NCBI GenBank assembly: GCA_947464015.1
Contig: CANHVE010000001.1
Coordinates: 1-51,810 of the forward strand
DNA length: 51,810 nucleotides
From: Saprospirales bacterium
Lineage (GTDB): Bacteria > Bacteroidota > Bacteroidia > Chitinophagales > CAMDFR01
Reading direction: 5' to 3'
Below are positions 37,705-46,567 of this stretch, piece by piece. The notes under the pieces were generated by a model that saw only the letters and a list, made by a program, of their open reading frames with translations, made no database searches and had not been told where the DNA came from. Numbering within the stretch: the stretch's first letter is position 1; the number at the start of each line of letters is the position of its first letter. The position numbers were made by a program, and so were the translations under genes.

Positions 37705-40374
37705 ATGAAAAAAAATATACTGTTTTTTGGATTTTTATGGATGAGTTTGCAATTAATTGCGCAAACTCCAAGACCAACAGATGCTGAGCGTGTTTTATTA
37801 AATCCATTAGAAAAACCTTTTTACCATGGTATAGCAAGTGGTGATCCAACGCCATTTAGTGTGATGATATGGACTCGAATTACACCAGATAGTGGAGATA
37901 TAGGAGATGTAAAAGTTTTTTGGCAAATGGCAACAGATGTAAATTTTACCAATGTGGTCAATTACGGTTATGATTATGCCCGAGAATACAATGACTATAC
38001 CTTGAAACATGATGTGTGCGGCTTAGTGCCTAATACATATTATTACTATATGTTTAAAGCATTAGCTAAAAATTCAATCATAGGACGAACAAAAACAGCA
38101 CCACTTGGAGATAATGATAGTGCACGTTTTGCTGTTGTATCTTGTTCTAATTGGGAGCATGGTTATTTTCATGCCTATAAAGAAATTGCTCAACGCAATG
38201 ATTGTGATGGAGTGATACATTTAGGCGATTATATTTATGAATATGAAACAGGTGGTTTTAGTGCGGGTATCACTGATAGAACGAATCAGCCATTGAACGA
38301 AATTATAACGTTAGAAGATTACAGAACGAGACATTCGCATTATAAATTAGATAGTGATTTAAAACGATTACATCAATTGTTACCTTTTATTACAGAATGG
38401 GATGATCATGAAACAGCAAATGATTCATATAGAGATGGAGCAGATAATCATACTCCTGGATTAGAAGGCGATTGGCAAGTGCGCAAACGTAATGGGGTGG
38501 AGGCGTATAATGAATGGATGCCATTTAGAAAACCAGATCCTTTAGATACCATTCGTATATGGAGAAAAATACAATATGGTGATTTATTAGATTTAATCAT
38601 GATTGATTCAAGATTATATGATAGAGACGAACAATCTATAGCCAATAGAAATGATGCTAGTAGAAAGTTACTTGGAAGTTTGCAAAAGAATTGGTTGAAA
38701 ACACAATTGAGTGATACTATATCGCGATATAAAATTTTATGTAATCAAGTGATGTTTGCACCTATGGAAATATTAGGTATTCCTATAAATGCAGATCAAT
38801 GGGATGGATATAATGCAGATAGACAAGATATAGAAGATCATATACGTTTAAATAATATTAAAAATTTAGTGGTTATTACAGGCGATATCCATACTTCCTG
38901 GGCGAATGATATACCTGGACCTGGCTATGTATCTGGAACTGGAGCAAATTCATTGGGAGTAGAATTTGTGACTACTAGTGTTACAAGTAGTAATTTCAAT
39001 TTACCTGTTTCAGAAACATTGATACGTACATTAAATCCGCATATGAAATATGTACGCTTAACAGATCATGGATATTCATTGTTAGATATTAATAAAGCGA
39101 GAGTACAAACAGATTATATGTACACAGTGCCAGTTGAGACACCTACTTATACAGCTAGTTGGGATAAGAGTTTTTATAAAAATAATAACGAAAATTTCCT
39201 ACGTTCAACTACTACACAATTAAGTGGACATATTATAAGTGCGGTTAATCCTCCTTTATTGCCCGATCAAAGTATTTATATGAATCAAGTAGAAGATTCA
39301 TTATACTATATATTAAATAAGAACTCAAGTAGAAGTTATTGTCTATTGCCAGATGCAGCAAACTGTGGAGGTTACACCATTTCATTATTAGATAGCACTA
39401 CCAATGGTCTTTTACAAAGAGGAGTACATGATTCGTGTGGAGTTTATTATCCTAATCATAATTTTACGGGAAATGATACAGCTCATTTTATCATTTGCCA
39501 AAACAATCCATATTATTGCGATACTGTTTTAGTTGTTTTTCAAGTGAATGGTTATATCAATAGAAGTTATGTGTTGGCTACTATTCAAATGGATAGTACG
39601 TATTCGAAATGTATTTCATTTGATGATTTATATGGTCCTATTTCAAGTGCATCTGTAGGGATATCTCCTCAACATGGAACAGCTACATTAGTTTCGGATA
39701 CTTGTCTTCAATATACACCAAACAGCTCTTTTTCAGGAGTGGATACGATTATGATTTATGCTTGTGACAGTATTGTGCCGGTGAAATGCGATACGGTTTA
39801 TTTTATAATAACGGTTAAACCCTATTATTCTACACAATATATTTATGCATATATCACTCCAGATAGTACTTATACCAATTGTGTTGGATTTGATGAATTA
39901 AGACCACCTTATACATCAAGTATTTTATATTACAATACTTCCCATTCTTTTAGTGTAATAAGTGCTGATACCTGCTTACAATATATACCTTCTGTAAGTT
40001 TTACGGGGAATGATACGTTAACGTTGATCGCTTGTAAATCGGGTACACCTTTGCGTTGTGACACTATAAAGTATATCATTAATGTAGATCAATCAAATGC
40101 GATACGTACAAATGAAGAAAACTTAGTTGTATTTGGTGTATATCCTAATCCATTTGATCATGAAGTATTAATTCAATATTATTTATACAAAAATTGCAGA
40201 ATGGATATTGAATTGATTGATGTAAATGGAAAGAAAATTATAAGTACCTATATCGATGGTAAAAAAGGAATAAATTATGGTAAGATATCAGGGGACGGTA
40301 TTGCTAAAGGCCAATATTTAATGATGTTGCGTGTAGGTAATGAAGTTTATTCTAAAAAAATTGTAAAACAATAA
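37705..40374 (+). CDS. phoD: PhoD-family alkaline phosphatase/phosphodiesterase with three Ig-like repeats and a T9SS C-terminal domain
   Basis: 889 aa with a Sec-type signal peptide, a PhoD N-domain (FYHGIASGDPTPFSVMIWTRI) and metallophosphatase motifs (HLGDYIYE, WDDHE, ITGDIHTSW). It then has 3 x 83-aa repeats and a Por-type tail (VYPNPFDHEVLIQY...KKIVKQ). Confidence 0.85.
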   Translation: MKKNILFFGFLWMSLQLIAQTPRPTDAERVLLNPLEKPFYHGIASGDPTPFSVMIWTRITPDSGDIGDVKVFWQMATDVNFTNVVNYGYDYAREYNDYTLKHDVCGLVPNTYYYYMFKALAKNSIIGRTKTAPLGDNDSARFAVVSCSNWEHGYFHAYKEIAQRNDCDGVIHLGDYIYEYETGGFSAGITDRTNQPLNEIITLEDYRTRHSHYKLDSDLKRLHQLLPFITEWDDHETANDSYRDGADNHTPGLEGDWQVRKRNGVEAYNEWMPFRKPDPLDTIRIWRKIQYGDLLDLIMIDSRLYDRDEQSIANRNDASRKLLGSLQKNWLKTQLSDTISRYKILCNQVMFAPMEILGIPINADQWDGYNADRQDIEDHIRLNNIKNLVVITGDIHTSWANDIPGPGYVSGTGANSLGVEFVTTSVTSSNFNLPVSETLIRTLNPHMKYVRLTDHGYSLLDINKARVQTDYMYTVPVETPTYTASWDKSFYKNNNENFLRSTTTQLSGHIISAVNPPLLPDQSIYMNQVEDSLYYILNKNSSRSYCLLPDAANCGGYTISLLDSTTNGLLQRGVHDSCGVYYPNHNFTGNDTAHFIICQNNPYYCDTVLVVFQVNGYINRSYVLATIQMDSTYSKCISFDDLYGPISSASVGISPQHGTATLVSDTCLQYTPNSSFSGVDTIMIYACDSIVPVKCDTVYFIITVKPYYSTQYIYAYITPDSTYTNCVGFDELRPPYTSSILYYNTSHSFSVISADTCLQYIPSVSFTGNDTLTLIACKSGTPLRCDTIKYIINVDQSNAIRTNEENLVVFGVYPNPFDHEVLIQYYLYKNCRMDIELIDVNGKKIISTYIDGKKGINYGKISGDGIAKGQYLMMLRVGNEVYSKKIVKQ
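39298..40086 (+). repeat. Three tandem coding repeats with an exact 270-nt period inside phoD
   Basis: The units are 39298..39546, 39568..39816 and 39838..40086. They share the pattern C-x(~30)-D(S/T)C-x-(Y)-x-P-x3-F(T/S)G-x-DT-x6-C-x6-7-CDT-x7-V. Confidence 0.8.
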
Positions 40375-40396
40375 AGGATCTGTAAATTCGTTTAAA

Positions 40397-40418
40397 TACT
40401 AGTTGTTATCGACTGGTA
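40397..40418 (+). terminator. Possible weak terminator hairpin after phoD
   Basis: tactagttg / cgactggta forms a 9-bp stem that includes 2 G-U pairs, with loop ttat. No clear U-run follows. Confidence 0.25.
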
Positions 40419-40496
40419 TATTAAAACATTTTAGTGTGAATAAATCAGCTCTAGATAGCTAGACTTATTTATTTACTTTGCAGAAACTTATATAAA

Positions 40497-41972
40497 TTGA
40501 ATTCCATACTTTTATTAATTATTGTATTAGTCTATTTTGCTGCACTATTAGTGATTGCTTATTATGCATCAAAAGGGGCTACAAATGAATCTTTTTTTAT
40601 TGGGAAGAAAAATTCATCTTGGTTATTAGTAGCATATGGTATGATTGGTACTTCATTAAGTGGAGTAACTTTTATGAGTGTACCGGGTGGAGTAAATGCT
40701 GGTCATTTTGGCTACTTGCAAGTGGTGATAGGTTATTTAATTGGATATATGGTAGTAGCATTTGTTCTTTTACCCTTGTATTATAAATTAAATTTAACTT
40801 CTATATATAGTTATTTAGAAAATAGATTTGGAATTGCAGCATATAAAACAGGGGCCTCTTTTTTTATATTATCCCGAACATTAGGTGCAACTATTCGTAT
40901 TTATTTAGTGATAAAAACGCTGCAAATTATTATACTTAATGATTTAGGAATTCCATTTGCATTAACCGTATTTGTTATCTTATTGATGATATTATTATAT
41001 ACTTATAAAGGAGGTGTAAAAACAATCGTCATTACGGATACGTTACAAACTACATTCATGTTATTAGCATTGGTTGTAACAGTTGGTGTAATCATGTCGC
41101 ATTTAAATTTTTCTTTTAGTGATTTAACTTCTACTTTACAAGCAAAAGGCTATTCACAAGTATTTCATTATGATTGGAAAGCCAAAAACTATTTTCTTAA
41201 ACATATTATTGGAGGTATGTTTATTACTATTGCTATGACAGGCTTAGACCAAGAGATGATGCAAAAAAATATTAGTTGTAAAAGTTTAGGAGATGCACAA
41301 AAAAATATGATCGTTTTTAGTAGTATTTTATTATTTGTGAATTTATTGTTTCTTATATTAGGAGGAGTTCTCTATATCTATGCGGCACAAAACAATATTG
41401 CTTTACCTGCAAAAGGAGATGATTTGTTTCCATTAATTGCATTGAAATATTTATCACCAATAGTAGGCTTGATTTTTATTATTGGATTGATATCGGCATT
41501 GTTTCCTAGTGCTGATGGGGCTTTAACAGCACTCACTTCTTCTGTGTGTATTGATCTATTGAATTTAAAATCGCGTACTGATATGACCGATAAACACAAA
41601 GAATCGAGAAGGATAACAGTGCATTTATTATTGACATTATTATTTTTTATTTTAATTATTTTATGTAAGATAATAGATGACGGAAATATTTTAAATATTA
41701 TATTGACAGTAGCAGGATATACATATGGTCCATTATTAGGATTGTTTGCTTTTGGTATTATTACAAGAAAGCAAGTGTTGACATGGATGGTTCCTATTGT
41801 ATGTGTATTGTCTCCAATTATATGTTATGTATTAGATACTAATTCTGTGGCTTGGTTTCAGGGGTATGTATTTGGATTCGAATTATTATTTGTCAATGGA
41901 TTGATCACGTTTTTAGGTTTATATATCAGTTCATTTTTTATAAAAAAACAATTAGAAACTTCAATAAATTAA
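40497..41972 (+). CDS. Sodium:solute symporter (SSS) family transporter
   Basis: 491 aa with about 13 TM helices. The SSS-like N-terminus reads FFIGKKNSSWLLVAYGMIGTSLSGVTFMSVPG. A TTG start is forced: there is a TAG 15 codons upstream and no ATG before TM1. Confidence 0.85.
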   Translation: MNSILLLIIVLVYFAALLVIAYYASKGATNESFFIGKKNSSWLLVAYGMIGTSLSGVTFMSVPGGVNAGHFGYLQVVIGYLIGYMVVAFVLLPLYYKLNLTSIYSYLENRFGIAAYKTGASFFILSRTLGATIRIYLVIKTLQIIILNDLGIPFALTVFVILLMILLYTYKGGVKTIVITDTLQTTFMLLALVVTVGVIMSHLNFSFSDLTSTLQAKGYSQVFHYDWKAKNYFLKHIIGGMFITIAMTGLDQEMMQKNISCKSLGDAQKNMIVFSSILLFVNLLFLILGGVLYIYAAQNNIALPAKGDDLFPLIALKYLSPIVGLIFIIGLISALFPSADGALTALTSSVCIDLLNLKSRTDMTDKHKESRRITVHLLLTLLFFILIILCKIIDDGNILNIILTVAGYTYGPLLGLFAFGIITRKQVLTWMVPIVCVLSPIICYVLDTNSVAWFQGYVFGFELLFVNGLITFLGLYISSFFIKKQLETSIN

Positions 41973-41973
41973 T

Positions 41974-42675
41974 ATGGGTAACAAATCGATAACAGCGCCT
42001 AAAACATGGGCAGAAAGTGAACAAAAAGCTAGTAACTCTTGGATGATGTTTAAAATCATGAGTGAATTTGTTGAAGGGTTTGAGCGACTTGAAAATATTG
42101 GTCCGTGTATTTCTATATTTGGTTCGGCACGAACTAAGCCTGGAACGGAGTATTATGAAAAAGCAGTTGAAATTGCTAAAGCTCTTTCACAACAAGGCTT
42201 TGGAATAATTACGGGAGGAGGTCCAGGTATTATGGAAGCTGGGAATAAAGGAGCTAAAGAAGTAGGAAGTAAATCGGTAGGATTAAATATTGAATTGCCA
42301 TTTGAGCAATATGCCAATCCATATCTAGATTCGGATAAGGAATTTAATTTTAAATATTTCTTTGTGCGCAAGGTCATGTTTTTAAAATTTTCGCAAGGTG
42401 TAGTTTTATTACCAGGTGGATTTGGTACTCTTGATGAAATGTTTGAAACATTAACCTTAATTCAAACTAGAAAAATTAATAAAGTTCCTGTAGTATTATA
42501 TGGTAAAAAATATTGGAGTGGATTATTAAGTTGGTTGAAAGAAACGATGTGCGATACGGAGCAAAACATACATCCAGAAGATTTAGAATTAATGAAAATT
42601 ACTGATGATGTTGAAGAGATAGTAAAAATATTTAACGATCATTATAACGAGTCTGAATTAAGACCTAATTTTTAA
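41974..42675 (+). CDS. LOG-family (TIGR00730) nucleotide phosphoribohydrolase-like protein
   Basis: 233 aa with GGGPGIMEA and the PGGFGTLDEMFE motifs. It starts 2 nt after the symporter stop codon. Confidence 0.88.
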   Translation: MGNKSITAPKTWAESEQKASNSWMMFKIMSEFVEGFERLENIGPCISIFGSARTKPGTEYYEKAVEIAKALSQQGFGIITGGGPGIMEAGNKGAKEVGSKSVGLNIELPFEQYANPYLDSDKEFNFKYFFVRKVMFLKFSQGVVLLPGGFGTLDEMFETLTLIQTRKINKVPVVLYGKKYWSGLLSWLKETMCDTEQNIHPEDLELMKITDDVEEIVKIFNDHYNESELRPNF

Positions 42676-42676
42676 T

Positions 42677-44365
42677 ATGAAATATAGCTGTTGTTTACTA
42701 TTGCTAATACTATTTGGCACAAGCATATCTGCTCAAAATTATCCTACTAAAGACTTTGTCCCACCTATGCATATTCCCTTGTATTTAGCTGGAGTATTTG
42801 GAGAATGTAGACCAACACATTTTCATGCAGGCATGGATATTAAAACCAATCAAGTGGAAGGCTTACCCGTATATAGTATTGGTGATGGATATGTGTCAAG
42901 AATCAAAGTGTCTGCTTTTGGTTATGGTAACGCTTTATATATTACACATACCAATGGGTATACTTCAGTATATGGACATTTGCAATCATTTAGAGCAGAT
43001 ATTGCCGCTTATGTAAAACAGAAGCAATATGAAAAAGAAACTTATGAAATTGATTTAGAATTAGCTCCCAATATCATCATTTGTAAAAAAGACGAACAAG
43101 TGGCTAAGAGTGGTAATACCGGGGGAAGTAGTGGTCCGCATCTGCATTTCGAAATTAGAGATAAAGAAGAGAATGCATTAAACCCTCAGTTGTTTGGAAT
43201 AAAAATTATAGATAATATCGCTCCTAGTATTTCGGGAGTGGCTATTTATAATGAAGATATGGATCGATTTGCTACGGTTCCAATTATATTAAATACAAAA
43301 TTAAAAGGTACTTATTTTGCTCCCATTAAAGATACTATCTTATTAAATTCTGATGCGATTGCATTTGGTGTTGAGGCCATTGATAGAATGAATAATAGTG
43401 CAGGCAATAATGGTTTATATGAAATACAAGTAAAGATTGACGGACAAGAACTCTATCATTTTACAATGAATAAATTTCATTTTGATGAAACCAGAAATGT
43501 ACTTGCTTATATAGATCAAAAAATAAAAAGTGTTTTCAGTAGATATTTTCAACGCTGTCATGTCTTGCCTAATCAATACTTTACACCTCAGAAAAATAAT
43601 TCAATCAATCGGGGAATATATACCATAAAAGATGAAGCCTATCATTTGGTAAGTATTGTGGTCAAAGACTTTCAACAAAATAGTAGTGAAGCTAAATTTT
43701 ATGTACGTAAAGATTATACTACTACCGTTTTTAAAAAATTAAAATATACGAACCAAACAGCTTTCTATGCTGCAAAAAAATATGATTATAAAACAGGGGA
43801 AGCTAGAATTATCATACCTGAATCTGCATTGTTTGATACAACTTACGTTAGTATTCAAAATAATAGTACTTCATTCTGTTCTGAAATATATACGATAGGT
43901 AAGCCGATGGATGCTTTTATGGTGCCCATAGAAATAGGATTAAAAGTTAAAAATGTAGCACCTGCTTATTATAACAAATGTATTTTAGTAGAAAAGTCAT
44001 CAGGCAAAACTATTGTCTGTGGTGGTAGGTACGAAGAGGGTTATATTATAGGTAAAACAAAGAATTTTGGTGTTTTTTCAATAGCGATTGATACAACTGC
44101 TCCTAGAATTATTCCATTAAATATTAGTGCTAATAAAGTCATGAATGCTGAGACATCCATACGTATTTCGATGTCAGATAACTTAAGTGGGATAAAAGAT
44201 TATGATGGATATATAGATGGGAAATGGGTATTATTTGAAAATAGTGGAAATGTTTTGAAATATAAATTTGATTTACCCCTTAGCCATAGTGAACATAAAT
44301 TAGAAATACATGTTATAGATGAGCGTATGAATGAAAATATATATGAAGTACGTTTTATTTATTAA
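42677..44365 (+). CDS. M23-family metallopeptidase with a large C-terminal extension
   Basis: 562 aa with a signal peptide and the M23 motifs HFHAGMD and GPHLHFE. About 350 aa of beta-rich C-terminal region has unknown function. Confidence 0.85.
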   Translation: MKYSCCLLLLILFGTSISAQNYPTKDFVPPMHIPLYLAGVFGECRPTHFHAGMDIKTNQVEGLPVYSIGDGYVSRIKVSAFGYGNALYITHTNGYTSVYGHLQSFRADIAAYVKQKQYEKETYEIDLELAPNIIICKKDEQVAKSGNTGGSSGPHLHFEIRDKEENALNPQLFGIKIIDNIAPSISGVAIYNEDMDRFATVPIILNTKLKGTYFAPIKDTILLNSDAIAFGVEAIDRMNNSAGNNGLYEIQVKIDGQELYHFTMNKFHFDETRNVLAYIDQKIKSVFSRYFQRCHVLPNQYFTPQKNNSINRGIYTIKDEAYHLVSIVVKDFQQNSSEAKFYVRKDYTTTVFKKLKYTNQTAFYAAKKYDYKTGEARIIIPESALFDTTYVSIQNNSTSFCSEIYTIGKPMDAFMVPIEIGLKVKNVAPAYYNKCILVEKSSGKTIVCGGRYEEGYIIGKTKNFGVFSIAIDTTAPRIIPLNISANKVMNAETSIRISMSDNLSGIKDYDGYIDGKWVLFENSGNVLKYKFDLPLSHSEHKLEIHVIDERMNENIYEVRFIY

Positions 44366-44383
44366 TTTAAATTACTTAACATA

Positions 44384-44845
44384 ATGACATCATTACAAGT
44401 AGGAGATAAGGCACCAGCAATTAATTCAATAGATGAAAATGGAAACCCAATCACTCTAACACAGTTTAAAGGAAAAAAAATTATTTTATATTTTTATCCT
44501 AAAGACGATACTCCAGGATGTACGAAAGAAGCATGTAGTTTTAGAGATAGTTATGCGGTATTACAAAAAAAAGGCTTTGTAGTTTTGGGGGTGAGTGTAG
44601 ATACTGAGAAGAAGCATCAAAAATTCATTCAAAAATATGAGCTTAACTTTCCTTTAATTGCGGATACAGATAAAAAGGTTGTAAATGATTATGGAGTATG
44701 GGGCTTGAAAAAATTTATGGGTAGAGAATATATGGGGACTAATCGTGTAACGTTTATTATTGATGAAAAAGGGAAAATAGAGCATATTATTACTAAAGTA
44801 GATACGGAGAATAGTGCTCAACAGCTATTGGATTTATATAAATAG
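44384..44845 (+). CDS. bcp: Peroxiredoxin Bcp (thioredoxin-dependent thiol peroxidase)
   Basis: 153 aa with YFYPKDDTPGCTKEAC and FPLIADTDKKV. Confidence 0.92.
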   Translation: MTSLQVGDKAPAINSIDENGNPITLTQFKGKKIILYFYPKDDTPGCTKEACSFRDSYAVLQKKGFVVLGVSVDTEKKHQKFIQKYELNFPLIADTDKKVVNDYGVWGLKKFMGREYMGTNRVTFIIDEKGKIEHIITKVDTENSAQQLLDLYK

Positions 44846-44865
44846 CTGATTTTCAATCAATCTAT

Positions 44866-44898
44866 AAAAAAAGAGCCTTTGTTTTAGCAAAGGCTCTT
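44866..44898 (+). terminator. Terminator hairpin after bcp
   Basis: An 11-bp perfect stem (aagagcctttg / caaaggctctt) has a 6-nt loop. The downstream U-run is poor, while the A-run lies upstream. Confidence 0.6.
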
Positions 44899-45166
44899 GT
44901 ATAAAGAACTCCCAAAACCCAAAAAATTAATGTCGTCGGCAACGCTGACTATATCAATAGACTTTAAGAAGTAATAAGTGGTTGCATGTTTCTTGATTTT
45001 TAACATTTATAAAAAATCACATACTTGTACATTAAGATATATTTCATTTTTAGTAGCTGTTATTTTTAAGAATTTATTACCTTTATCTGTTATTTATTTA
45101 AAAGTAAATAAGTAATATGGTTACTTTAAAAAAACGCATGAACTCGATCAGATAAAAAATATAAAG

Positions 45167-45619
45167 ATGAAAAAAACGATTATTTTTTTTAGTGTACTCA
45201 TACTAGGTATTTCATTAGTATACTTTAGTAACTCTTGCAAAAAAGACACTTTCCCATATGATGGAGTAAATGAACCTATAAGTTTTTGGTGGCCAGATAC
45301 CAATTGGATTAAATTACGTGAAGGAGATACTATTACTCCTACTATTAGATTGACAACAGATAGACCTATTGATTCATTTAGTTGTATGTATAATGTTTCT
45401 TCTAAATATCATGTGTTTAATCCGGCTTTAGATTTAATGAGTGAGGTGTACACGAAAAGATTTTATCCAGATACTAATAATTTACAAACTGTAGAAGAGC
45501 CATTTCAAATACCAAATGATACTACTATTGTGAAAACCGATGTAGTTCGATTGGTCTATACCATGTATGCTCGTAATAATCTTACTTATCAAAAAATATT
45601 ACGAATAGATATTAAATAA
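45167..45619 (+). CDS. Hypothetical lipoprotein
   Basis: 150 aa with a signal peptide and a lipobox-like FSNSC. No family was recognised. pdxH follows 9 nt downstream. Confidence 0.55.
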   Translation: MKKTIIFFSVLILGISLVYFSNSCKKDTFPYDGVNEPISFWWPDTNWIKLREGDTITPTIRLTTDRPIDSFSCMYNVSSKYHVFNPALDLMSEVYTKRFYPDTNNLQTVEEPFQIPNDTTIVKTDVVRLVYTMYARNNLTYQKILRIDIK

Positions 45620-45628
45620 TATATCAGT

Positions 45629-46276
45629 ATGAATAGAGATTTTCATGATATCTCCTCTATGAGGAAAAACTATGAATCGTCAGAACTCTTAGAAAGTAAT
45701 ACCCCTGAAAGTCCTTTTGAATTATTTAGCATTTGGTTTTTAGAAGCCAAAAATTCGTCGATTCATGAAGCAAATGCAATGGTATTGGCAACTTGTGATA
45801 GCGATTCGAAGCCTAGTGCACGAGTTGTATTATTAAAAAGTGTCTCAGCAGAAACAGGATTTAGTTTTTTTACGAATTATAGTAGTAGAAAAGGAGAGGA
45901 ATTAGCTAATAATCCATACGTGAGTATTGTTTTTTATTGGGATTTATTAGAGCGTCAAGTTCGAATTGAAGGACAAGTAGAAAAATTAGATGCACTCAGT
46001 AATGATACTTATTTTGAATCGCGTCCGATCGGAAGCCAAATAGGTGCCGTGATATCTCCTCAAAGTAAAAAGATAGAAAATAAGTACGTGCTACAATCTT
46101 TATATGATGAATTAGCACAACAAGACGGCAAAATTAAACGACCAGAAAATTGGGGTGGGTATACAGTAAAAGCCAATAAAATAGAGTTCTGGCAGGGTAG
46201 ACCTAACAGATTACATGATCGAATTGTGTATGATTTAATTGAAAATAACTGGATGAAATATAGGTTAGCGCCCTAA
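45629..46276 (+). CDS. pdxH: Pyridoxamine 5'-phosphate oxidase
   Basis: 215 aa with ATCDSDSKPSARVVLLK, FFTNYSSRKG, RIEG, and the C-terminal FWQGRPNRLHDR...RLAP. Confidence 0.95.
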   Translation: MNRDFHDISSMRKNYESSELLESNTPESPFELFSIWFLEAKNSSIHEANAMVLATCDSDSKPSARVVLLKSVSAETGFSFFTNYSSRKGEELANNPYVSIVFYWDLLERQVRIEGQVEKLDALSNDTYFESRPIGSQIGAVISPQSKKIENKYVLQSLYDELAQQDGKIKRPENWGGYTVKANKIEFWQGRPNRLHDRIVYDLIENNWMKYRLAP

Positions 46277-46295
46277 TATTTATCAAAGAAATTAA

Positions 46296-46475
46296 TTATT
46301 CTTTATCAGCTTTTTTCTTTGTAGCTGCTTTTTTAGCTGGAGCTTTTTTAGCTTTAGCTGGAGCTGTTTGAGTAGTAGCAGTTATTTCAGCAGCTTTTGT
46401 TCTTGCTGGTCTAATATTACCAAATGAACCTACAAAAGTTTTACCTTTAACTGTTCTTCTATCACCTCTTCCCAT
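46296..46475 (-). CDS. 30S ribosomal protein bTHX with a Lys/Ala-rich C-terminal extension
   Basis: Missed by the ORF track at 59 aa. It translates to MGRGDRRTVKGKTFVGSFGNIRPARTKAAEITATTQTAPAKAKKAPAKKAATKKKADKE. The first 26 aa align with Thermus Thx ([26 protein letters not shown]) as I recall it. Confidence 0.75.
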   Translation of the reverse strand: MGRGDRRTVKGKTFVGSFGNIRPARTKAAEITATTQTAPAKAKKAPAKKAATKKKADKE

Positions 46476-46567
46476 AATGAATTCTTATTTTTGTTAATTA
46501 TTTATGATGTAAATATACGAAATCTATCATTTAAAAAAGAGATTTTGGCTTATCTTTAATAATTAAT

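Noticed and set aside
46332-46365. A 13-nt direct DNA repeat (tttagctggagct, two copies) is present.
   Set aside because: It is explained by the repeated Ala-Pro-Ala-Lys-Lys codons in the bTHX tail. It is not an independent DNA element.
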